The notes beneath the pieces were generated by a model. The model saw only the letters and a program-made list of their open reading frames with translations, was not told where the DNA came from and ran no database searches. Position numbers and translations under genes: made by a program. Below are positions 54,225 through 64,000 of a DNA stretch of 64,000 nucleotides, piece after piece. This stretch comes from Enoplolaimus lenunculus (Eukaryota): the NCBI GenBank assembly GCA_030248215.1, contig JASANG010001128.1:124001-188000 (forward strand). Direction: 5' to 3'. How positions within the stretch are numbered: the first letter of the stretch is position 1; every line of letters starts with the position of its first letter.

Positions 54225-55235
54225 ACAAAGCATCCTCAAATAACAGCTATGAAACAAACCTATTCATTTAATCACTTTTCGATCTTTAAATCTGTGCCTG
54301 TTTGTGTAGATTTTTGCAGTTCAATACGCAAATCATAATTACAAGCGAAGTACAGGGTGGTTCTAAGGTCTTAAAGGTTCATTTGATTCAACGTCATGTT
54401 CACTGTACTCAACGAGAGTTCGTGATTTTTAAATTTTTAGTTCAACTGGATTGATATTTTAAAAAAGACACTGTAGCGAACCACAGAAGATCCCAAGGAT
54501 TGCGCTATACTCAGCGCACGTCCTCTGGACTAAGCCACGATAAGGCGCACGGCATTATTGCACACCGCCAAATAGATTTTGCGTATATTTTTGTTAGCAA
54601 CACACAACGTGCGGCGGACCTTACAAGCAAGGTTGAAAATTTTCTAAGGTAGGGCGAACATTCTTCCAGGAGGCTGATCCGTTTCACTTGGCAATCCTAC
54701 TGGTTACGGGCCCGGTCTGAAACCAGAGACGCCGATGTCTGGTGCGCTAATGAAGGCTCACGAATTTTATGTTTATATTTTGGTTGTCGGTTTCAACTTT
54801 GGTCCGTATTCCCAAATATGCGCAGCATCCATTACCAGTTGGCGATAGGGTTTCAAACTGACGAACTCGTGCAATTATCGCACACAAAATTGGTACAGAT
54901 ATAACGCAAATCAAAGGCAAAAATGTGCTGAATTTAGAACGTCAACATTCGTTGGCTCGAAAGTTACAAAACCTATCAGAAACTGGTAATAGGCGCTACA
55001 CACATTTGAGAATACAGGCCGCGGTCAAGATCTGTTCAATTTAATTTAAAATTGACGAATTTAAAAGTGTTTAGGTTCCTGTATAAATTTATGAAGGTGA
55101 AGTATGAAACTCGCAATTCAATAAGCAGTGAATTTTACGATAATATATATACACTTATGCAGCGTTCACAATAACGTTTCCCAGCTGTGCACCAAAGACG
55201 TCATATGATAGATGACGTTTTTGGTGCACACCTGG

Positions 55236-55445
55236 AATCATGTAAAGATCAGGGGCGGAACATCTTGGTGTGGGACTAGAAAAGAGTAAGCTTAAGTTTT
55301 ACACTATTTTTTGCTTGCCTTAGGCATATGCTTAGGCTTAGTCTTAGGAATATGCTCATTGCTACGCTTAGCTTAGTCTTACGCTTAGGCTTCGGCTTAG
55401 GAATATGCTTATAATACTGTTACGCCCCTGTTCTTTACATTGGCC
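55236..55445 (+). mobile_element. MITE family A nested in a larger TIR element
   Basis: catgtaaagatcaggggcggaac...ctttacattggcc; flanking cacacctg duplicated. Confidence 0.85.
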
Positions 55446-55764
55446 CACACCTGGAACCATATTCTTAAATGCGTACAGTATCTATCTTCAGTTAGCGATA
55501 AATTTTCAAACAGACGAACATTTGCGATTGCAGATTTTAAAATTGGTACACAAGTAGAGCAAATAAAACTCTAACACTATGCTGAGTTTCGAACCTCACC
55601 ATGCGCTGGTTTCAAAGTTAAGATGACCTATGACCAATTGGTGATAGGTGCTACGCACATTTGAGAATACGGGTACTGGAAACTGTTATTGTCAACGCTG
55701 CATCATTACATACATTGTACGCGACTTTTAATATTTTTAATTTTTCACTAGAAATTGTATTTTA

Positions 55765-55866
55765 ATTGGCTACTTTTTAATTGGCTACTTTGTAATTGGC
55801 TACTTTCTAATTGGCTACTTTTTCATTGGCTCCTTTTTTATTGGTTACTGTTTAATTGGCTACTTT
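55765..55866. repeat. 15-bp tandem repeat x7 containing ATTGGCT
   Basis: attggctacttt(n)ta at 15-bp period. Confidence 0.9.
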
Positions 55867-56441
55867 GCTATGAAACTGGTAAATTTGGTTAAACGAAAAT
55901 GGAGTTTGCTCAAATTTTGGTATGAATTCTGCTAATTTTTAAGTTTACAACTTTTAAATTTAAGCGACGTGGTTCGTGATAGCCGGCCGCGGTATGGCAG
56001 ACTAAGGTGATATTAGATTAATAAGCAATTGCCGCTAAGGTGTTGTCGAAATTTTTGGCCCTTTTTTTGCTCGAGTTGGTAAAATGTTGACTTTGTATAA
56101 ATCTCAGATTTATCATGAGTTCATTAATCGAAAAAATAATTTCGCTTGTGGTCGTAGGCTCTACCAGCTTAAGATTTCATTAAATGTTTGTGTAGGCTTA
56201 GTATACAGGACCAAGATCCTACATTTAGGTATATTATTAATTCTAGTATCGCCCTCAAAAGTTGTATGAACAGGCATACAATTCAGATTACCATCCAAAA
56301 AAGGTGGCTTTGTTGAATCAGCATCGGTTCGTTTCCACCGGTTCGTTTTTTAACTTAAATTTTAAATTTTATTAATTTTAAAGTATTTTGAACTGGAGTT
56401 TAATTTTGTAAAACTCATTTTTTGCTTTTTTATCTTTTCAG

Positions 56442-56505
56442 GCGACTAGAAACGTTGAAACAATGCGCGACGCTTAAACGGGAAAGTGGACTTCGAATGA
56501 AACAG
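56442..56505 (+). CDS. DLC1: SAM-domain exon 3 (RLETLKQCATLKRESGLRMKQ)
   Basis: cttttcAG acceptor, CAG|GTAAA donor, 64 nt, phase 2 to 0; resembles the family RLNTLNKCA motif. Confidence 0.88.
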
Positions 56506-56973
56506 GTAAAGTGTCAGAAGCAGTGACGAAGCAGGCTACAGTGCCCCCCCCCCAAAACAGTCCAGGGTAGGCCCCCTTGCGATGTTCAAAATATTTTTCA
56601 AATTTTGATTAATATTAACCGCTCTTTTTTGTTTATAATCTTGTTTGGGTGGAGGCCGTCGTTTTGGTGGACCAATCGAAATTGGGCGTAGGAGTGTGGT
56701 TGTTCCGGCCGGGGTAAAATTTTCGCTCCACGGCAAGCAGTTTCAACGTTTCGTGATAACATTTTTAAGCTTTAATTACCGTAATTCTTACTCAAATAGA
56801 TTTTCATATTCTTCGTATTCTTCGTTTAAAAAATGTAAATTTTTGGCTGCCGACAATATTATGAGCATCGGTAAATGGTCTTGCAAATTTGGTATTTTAA
56901 ACATTGCTAAATAACATTGCATATTTTTAATGTTTTTTGTAAAATACTTAGCTAATAATTGTTTGGCTTTCAG

Positions 56974-57167
56974 GTGGCGAAATCAGGCCGGCCGAATGAT
57001 CACCATGGCAATGAAGCAGGCAGTGGTGGTAACTATGACAACGATGACGATGATGATGACGATGAAGACAGTGACGACATTGCGTTGAGCAGAAAATGGA
57101 AATTTCACCGGATGTCGCGAACGTGGAGCAGAGTGCTTGCTGAAGCGAATGAGAAAAATTATGAAAG
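56974..57167 (+). CDS. DLC1: Post-SAM exon (acidic tract then DSDDIALSRKWKFHRMSRTWSR)
   Basis: ctttcAG and AG|GTAAGT; phase 0 to 2; matches the family 'DSDE...AISxKWxFQRxSxRWSR' motif. Confidence 0.9.
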
Positions 57168-57341
57168 GTAAGTTCTCTTTTTAAGTAATTCGATACTGAC
57201 CTCATATTTGGCAAAGAGTTTATTAACTTTTGATATGTGTAAAAAGTTTACCTGTTCAAGCTATCACATATCGCTTCGTAAATCAAATCAAATATGTATA
57301 CAATTTAGAATTTTTTAAGAAACAAGTTCGGTTGCGCTATA

Positions 57342-57763
57342 CTGTAGTGACCTGAATAAGAAGGGGTTCCCATTTAGAGTTCTAATCAATAGGAATCCGT
57401 ATCGCTAATATGAGTGCGTAAGCGGATAGAGTCGCTAAACCCTAATTGAAGTCCATAAATGTCAATTATCCCAAATTGTAGTGCATAAATCACTCAAGTA
57501 CTAAATAAAGTTGAGTTCAAAATTTCAAGCATACTTAAGTTTAAAAATACATTCCTAACATTGCATTATCGCTCAACCTTTCGATACCAGACAAATAAAC
57601 GTTTAATTCGACGGATATTTGCAATACCGAATATATAACTGTAACGAAGGGCGGCGACGGCCTGATTGAAAATAAATAACAGTTCGTAACCGAATAACAG
57701 AAGGGGGTACCCTTTGGAGAGGCCAAATAAATATCTGTCCCTTTCTTATTTGGGTAACTACAG
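57342..57763 (+). mobile_element. MITE family C inserted in the TIR of another element
   Basis: ta|ctgtagtgacctgaataag...cttatttgggtaactacag|ta. Confidence 0.85.
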
Positions 57764-58470
57764 TACTCGCCCGCGCTCCAAAGCGCGCCGACGGCAGAAT
57801 AAAATTTATATTAAAATTTGATCACACTCCACCGTATCGAGTTTGTTTACATTTTTGTTAGCAACGAATGGCCCAGCGCGCGGCAGCGGTATCCAGCACA
57901 GTAAAGTATAACGCGACCCTAAGCGTTACAAATATTGCAACCACTTTGACTAGTATACTTAATTGAATAAGAAACTATAAAACTAATTGTTTTCGGCTTG
58001 TGACCGCCCACCTGTGTTAATTTTTGCATATAACACAGGCAAAACAATATACTTAATAGATATTTGCGTTTCTCAAATTGTTTGCTGCTGGGTGATTAAT
58101 TTTGTAAATTTCAACCCATTTTTAACTATTTTAAAACAGGGGGCAAACTAATACGTTTTCGTGCTGCGGATCCCTTCTTTCCAAGTAATATTCCGTAAAC
58201 ATCATTTAAGAAATAGAAGTCTCAATATTTTTTAAAACTACGATTAGCGTAGGTACAGAAACGGATCCAGAAATTTCTGGCTCGCGAGGGTCGGTAGGCA
58301 AATGTTGTGAAACTCAATTTTTACTGTATGCTGTATATGTGATTGGTAGCAAACATTTGTAACGTAGGGACATTATCATTTTTGTTACAAAATATTTTCT
58401 GACAGGGGAAGCGGGCGCCCCCTGTTCCCACTCGGGATGCGCTAATGCAAGCATAGGTAATTTGTTTCAG

Positions 58471-59519
58471 CAGCCTGCAAAGTCCTGTTTATAGAGTAGT
58501 TTCGGACGTCAACGGCGAAAGTTTCGCTACTGCCCCTTCCCTGGTGGTTACACAACCACAACGAGGGTCGACTTATTGTAATCTGGCTCCACCAAGCGAA
58601 CAGCAGCTACCGGTCCCGCCTGGTGGTATTCCAAACAGCATTGTGATCACCGAGTACTCGGACAAGGATGGAGGAGCTCGTAGAGACGAGTTGCTCTTGA
58701 GCTCAACCCCTCATACCGCTGCTCAGTCGCCCACAACTGCGCGAAGTAACCGTGTCGCGCTTTATGACGATCCTAACACGCGAAACTTTGACACTCGCAG
58801 AACAAGCCAGGAACCGAACGAAGCTGGAAATATTTATTCAGCACGCGACAACAACTGCAACCGTCTCGACACGAATCAGCAACAGACGTTGAGTGCTCGC
58901 GATTCAAGCAATGGCGAGTATCGAGAGCGGCAACGATTTTTGAGTCCTTCGGGGTTGAATTCAACCAGGAATGTAGGGACTGGAAAAGGATTGCAACGAT
59001 CACAAAGTGAACGCATCAAAGACAACGTCAAACGACTGGTGAAGCGGATTGAATTTAAATCGGCTAAAACTACCGCAGCCGGCGAACAATGGACATGTGG
59101 CAAAGCTGGAATGGACCATGAAACTGCAACAACGGTGAATAACGAAGAAATCATTGCGAAAAGACGATTTTCAGCGAGGCGGCGAAAACCAAGCGAAAAT
59201 AACCTGCCGGACAAGTGTCGAAGATCAATTCATGGGTGTAAGACAACCTCGGATCACAGAAGCGGATCGCAACTTTGTGTTGGATCACCACAGCTTGTAT
59301 CGCATCAGTCAGCGTCGCCACCTGAAATGCAAATGTTGCCAAAAATCCAAACAATACAACAACACCACCACCAACAACAAGAGCAACAACAACAACAACA
59401 ACAACATCATCATCATCATCATCAACAACAACAACAACAGCAGCAGCAGCAACAACAACAACAACAACAACAACATCATCATCATCATCATCAACAACAA
59501 CAACAACAGCAGCAGCAGC

Positions 59520-59575
<56 letters not shown>

Positions 59576-59969
59576 GCACACGAAAACGACACAACTAAAA
59601 CAGCCATCGAATCCGGATCGACACCAGAAACGACTCGCCACAAATTGCCAGAAGTAATATTTCGCGAAACCGTCAACAATAATTCCAAGCTGTCTCGTGA
59701 ACATCATCAATTTTCATTGGGAGAAGTCGCCCAGCCTTGTTGTGATGGTGATGGCGTGGGAACTGGACCGAAGACGGGATGGAAGGCTGACGGACTGAAG
59801 GCAGGAGTTGCGGACTGTGCACCGAAAGGCCGACGCAAAACGCCGACACAAAGAGCATTTCGGGTCGGCGGATCAGCTCCGGATGTGCCGTCTACATTGT
59901 CGTATGCTATTGAATGGAACCGGATACAAACAACCGGAATTGTTGCAAGTCCTGTTTCGGCGACAGATG
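58471..59969 (+). CDS. DLC1: Large Ser-rich linker exon with poly-Q/H tract; the gene continues beyond the window
   Basis: gtttcAG acceptor (NAGNAG), G|GTGAGT donor, phase 2 to 1, in frame with ORF 58544..59989; LQRSQSERIKDNVKRLVKRIE recalls a motif of invertebrate cv-c-type proteins (from memory). Confidence 0.85.
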
Positions 59970-60359
59970 GTGAGTTTAAGCATAGGTAGATAGGAGTTGT
60001 ACGCTTGGACGTAGCCAGAAATTCGGAACAGAGAAGGGTCACATTCTATACAAATTTGAATTGAAAATTCTTGTGTTACCAACTGAAAAAATTCCTAGAC
60101 ACTTAGATAACATTCACATTGTCACGGTTGATCCTAAACATCCAACCAGCTCCGCCCTTGATTATAAGTGGGTGAGACATAGGCACGACGAAACAAGGGG
60201 GGCGTCTGAAAAGCCGGTCGACCCCCTTAGAAAAATAAATGACCGTTGAAACTTTGATATGCTACTAATGATTAAATCCCTTATCGGATTTACCATGTGG
60301 TGAGGGATCAGCCTTAAGGTTGTTATGTACTATATTATATAGTCCCTAAACGTCCTAAA

Positions 60360-60897
60360 GCCATCTTGCTTGGTCATGGTCCAGAACCATGTTCAAATGT
60401 AGCGCTATGGACAGTAGTGAGTTCGATTGGAAAACAAATATTGGAGAGCTATGAACAAACGGGCAGCTTGTCATTCTAGCAGACATCTTAGACCTTTTCT
60501 GCTTTACTGTGATAAGCAATGGATACCCTATTTGTTGAAGTTAAACAAGCATCGCATGAGCTTAGGTATCAGAGCTCTGAGTGGGCATTGCTAGTTGAAT
60601 TATCATTTGCATAATAAAATGGCAACAACCAATCAATGTTCTTTATGTCATAATGAGGTAAATACAGTAATCTGTTTCCTTTTGAGGTGCATGAAATATT
60701 CGGCTTTACGGGAAACTGTCTTTATGGCGACGGGTCTTCAGAAGAATAGGGCTTCGCAGCTGGATATTAGGAAAAGTATTCGCTTTTTAGTACAATCCAA
60801 ACAAGAATTTTAGGTCTGATCTGCCGTAGGAGATTGAACAAGAGATGGTGTTGTAAAGGACCTTTTACACTGTCTCTTGCCTCATCAATCTATCTAT
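60360..60897 (+). pseudogene. Decayed 3' end of a non-LTR retrotransposon ORF2 (LOA/I-group-like zinc knuckle)
   Basis: GPEP motif, then LLKLNK...ALSGHC*LNYHLH...CSLC...LLRC with an in-frame stop; short (tcta) tail at ~60885-60897. Confidence 0.65.
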
Positions 60898-61109
60898 TTT
60901 CCTAGTAGCCAGCTTATCAGGGTAGGGGTGAAACGAACTTTCGAGATTTCATGAAGTTATTTTCAATGATACAAGCTTGTTTATCAAACGACCCTTAGTG
61001 CAAAATATTTTTTCTGACCGGGGACTGACCCACTATCCCGTATCCGGATATGAACCCCTGTATCCGGATATGGACCGGACTTCAGAAAAATAGAACGTAT
61101 CCGGTCATC

Positions 61110-61293
61110 GACCCGAGTAAATATGAAATTAGGAACGTTTTTCTGCGGGACTGCAATAAAGTAACCTTAAGCTTTAGACGATTTTTTGCTTAGGCTTGAA
61201 CTTGCGTATAAGCTCATTATTATACGTTGGCTTTAGGTTCAGGTTTAGGAATATGCTTATACTACTGTTACGGCCCTGTCCTATACATTTGCC
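61110..61293 (+). mobile_element. MITE family A (diverged)
   Basis: Family body and right TIR ctatacatttgcc; degenerate TSD cggtcatc/cgtacatc. Confidence 0.7.
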
Positions 61294-61485
61294 CGTACAT
61301 CTATAACGTACATAAAGAGGTTTAACACGATTTTGAACTTGAAATATGTATGATCCTCAAGAGTTATTTCACATTTTCACATTTTTGTGACTTAAAACTT
61401 TTTAGTTTATAAATATTTCATTTTTTAATGTTTTCATTTCTATGAGCAGGTCTTACAAAATGGGAATTGCACTGATACTTGCGAT

Positions 61486-61991
61486 GGGAAATTTTAGGCG
61501 ACACGACACTGAGGCACTTTTACAAGCTTTGTGGGAAATTTTAGGCGACACGACACTGAGGCACTCTTACAAGCTTTGTGGGAAATTTTAGGCGACACGA
61601 CACTGAGGCACTCTTACAAGCTTTGTGGGAAATTTTAGGCGACACGACACTGAGGCACTCTTACAAGCTTTGTGGGAAATTTTAGGCGACACGACACTGA
61701 GGCACTCTTACAAGCTTTGTGGGAAATTTTAGGCGACACGACACTGAGGCACTCTTACAAGCTTTGTGGGAAATTTTAGGCGACACGACACTGAGGCAAG
61801 TTTACAAGCTTTGTGGAAAATTATAGGCGACACGACACTGAGGCACTTTTACAAGCTTTGTGGGAAATTTTAGGCGACACGACACTGAGGCACTTTTACA
61901 AGCTTTGTGGGAAATTTTAGGCGACACGACACTGAGGCACTTTTACAAGCTTTGTGGGAAATTTTAGGCGACACGACACTGAGGCACTTTT
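61486..61991. repeat. 47-bp minisatellite, ~11 copies
   Basis: Unit gggaaattttaggcgacacgacactgaggcact(c/t)ttacaagctttgt. Confidence 0.97.
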
Positions 61992-63049
61992 TTACGGCAA
62001 CCTGCTTGTTGATTGAGTCCTACAAAATTTATCCCGTTCGCTATGATCGGTCGCAAACGAGGTTGTACTCTTTCGAAATGAATTATTAACCATACTCCTG
62101 TTATTGAGTATTTTTACTAATAACGTGTCAATTTTATTACTTTCTTTAATAATATGTACATTTTTTCCGTCGTTTTTCAGCGGCGATAAGGGGGATACAC
62201 GACTGAAATTTGTAGAAAAACCAGAAAAATGCTACGATTAAATGTTTTTAGAAACTAAAATAACCTGATGGAACCTAGGCCAATGTCACAAAAGGCCTTG
62301 TTTGATCGTTAGGCTCGATCACAAACAACTCTGCGTAATGTTATACCCGTCCGACACAGGATCGTAGCCAGCTCACCTTGCTAGTGGAAGCTAAAAAATT
62401 ACAGGAGGGTCATACATAGGTTTTTAATGACTTACAAGCAAGGTTACAAAAATTCGGGGGGTGGGGCAAAATTTTGCCAGGGGGGGGGCTGAGCCCCTTC
62501 TTGGTTTCGGGCCTGGTCCGAAATAATATCCTGCCTGCAGTTTTACGTCTGAGTGTTTGAACGATGTCAATTCCATTACTTTAAGAGTTTTCACTTTTGT
62601 TTTCAACATTTTTTCAATTTTCTTTTTGAAACGATTTTTGTTCAGTGGGTGGAGAAATATACTTTTAATTTGAATGTATCAATTGTGTATGGGGGATTGT
62701 GACTAGTAAAATTAATCGTAGCTGGGCACAGCGAGAGTTAATTGGATCTTTGTAGGGTAGCGGCAATTTTTAGAGGAAGCCAATAATTTTCGTTCGTTGG
62801 TATATTGGGTTTTATGGGAGGGTTATCGGTATATTTGGTTTTGTGGGTTAAGATACTTGTGGGACTGAATAAAGTCTTTGGAGTAACATTTTGTTGACGT
62901 AAACAGCGCGTGATCCAGAAAATTCTGACATGGGGGGAGTCGGGCAAATGTTAATTGCGGTACCCAAGGTACTGTTGAAGACTCAAAAACATGGAAATGC
63001 AACCTGGCGGTCTCTGGATTCGCTAGTCGTCATAAAATTTGGTGAGGCC

Positions 63050-63407
63050 GCTCTCTAAAAGCTTAAACTAACTGGATTTAAGCTTAAACTAATCCAGCAG
63101 TATTAAACTAAGTTTCTAGATTAACTGAACTAACAGGCTGGTTTAGTCTTAGACTAAATTAAAATCTTACGCATCTTTAATTTAAGCTAAGCTTAGTGAA
63201 CTCATAGATACACATAATTTCTGTGCTGCACTTGTCACTTAAACTAAAAATAAGTTTATTTAAACTCGTGTTAAACTTAAAAACGCGTTAGTTTCAGTAA
63301 AACTTAAAATTCTAGTTTAATTAGTCCGTCCAGCCATTTAAGTTTTACTTAAACTAATGTTCAAGCTTAGTTAAGCTATAATTTAAGTTTAAAGTTTTTA
63401 GTGAGTG
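63050..63407. mobile_element. AT-rich ~350-bp dispersed repeat, family G (probable MITE); other copies ~24914-25266, ~41200-41490, ~48964-49325
   Basis: Shared core ...gacaagtgcagcacagaaattatgtgaatcta...; imperfect TIR ctctctaaaagcttaaact / agtttaaagtttttagtgagtg. Confidence 0.75.
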
Positions 63408-63744
63408 CACATTTTGTGGGAATATTGTAACATTTCTGTGGACTGCGAACAATTTAATCAGGTTCTTGCCTGAAAATTTGACGTAACGGTGCGCTGAAAG
63501 CACGGGCGTAGGGGTGAGCGTAGGAGCAACACCCATTTCAGCTGATAAAAACACTTTCAGCTGGTTCAATTTTTAGTATATTTTTCTACCTTTAACTTCC
63601 GGTTGACTATCACAAGTTCAGTAGTCCGCCCCACGCATTTTTTTAAAAATTCCTAGCTGCGTTACTGTCTGTAGGGGTACTGGTTTACCCCCCCCCCCAG
63701 ATAAAGTGTCCCTCCCCCACGTACATAACTAATCTGACGTTTAG

Positions 63745-63930
63745 CATAAGCCTAAGGTTCAGAATAAGCCTAAACTTAAGCTTATACCTAAGCCTATGCC
63801 TTAGTATAAGCATAAGTCAAGCATAAACCTAATCCATAGCGTGAGAACAACCCTAAGCTAAGCCTCAACCTAAGCCTAAGCTTAATACTCTGGGAATTAG
63901 CCTGAGACTAAACCCAAGACTAAGCATAAC
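63745..63930 (-). repeat. Degenerate (GCCTAA)n telomere-like tract
   Basis: Many gcctaa/acctaa/gcataa hexamers. Confidence 0.65.
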
Positions 63931-64000
63931 CAGCGTGTGATGAACGTTTGCTTTCTATCAAATGAACACTTGTATGGCACGGAGCAAATAACCACATCTA

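Noticed and set aside
61486..61991. CRISPR-like array
   Set aside because: Head-to-tail repeats with no spacers.
62181..62260. Next exon of the RhoGAP gene after the tttttcAG at 62180
   Set aside because: The required phase-1 frame reaches TGA within nine codons.

Overview
AT-rich animal (eukaryotic) genomic DNA, not prokaryotic. The only protein-coding gene I can support is the 5' part of a + strand, multi-exon DLC1/STARD13/crossveinless-c/gei-1 family gene (SAM-RhoGAP-START architecture). Its SAM domain assembles from three small exons (40389-40460, 48001-48091, 56442-56505), followed by the conserved 'DxDD..LSxKWxF.R.SR.WSR' exon and a large poly-Q/H exon. The RhoGAP and START exons must lie beyond 64 kb. 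Two different phase-1 upstream units can join the SAM exon: a 3-exon, ~1075-aa N-terminus (10377-15874) and a poly-Asn exon (39307-40192). This suggests alternative promoters or first exons. The introns are saturated with non-autonomous DNA transposons (MITEs) of at least seven families, many with readable TIRs and target-site duplications (TSDs) and several nested. Most notable are GGCC-ended MITEs with 8-bp TSDs whose interiors are TTAGGC telomere-like repeats with variable internal expansion, plus a TTAGG-rich 78/79-bp satellite that may derive from such an element. Also present: 45-bp and 47-bp minisatellites, two tRNA-derived SINE-like heads and a decayed LINE 3' end. TTTCAG acceptors plus TTAGGC hint at a nematode-like host (inference only). 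Most short ORFs in the track are repeat artefacts.
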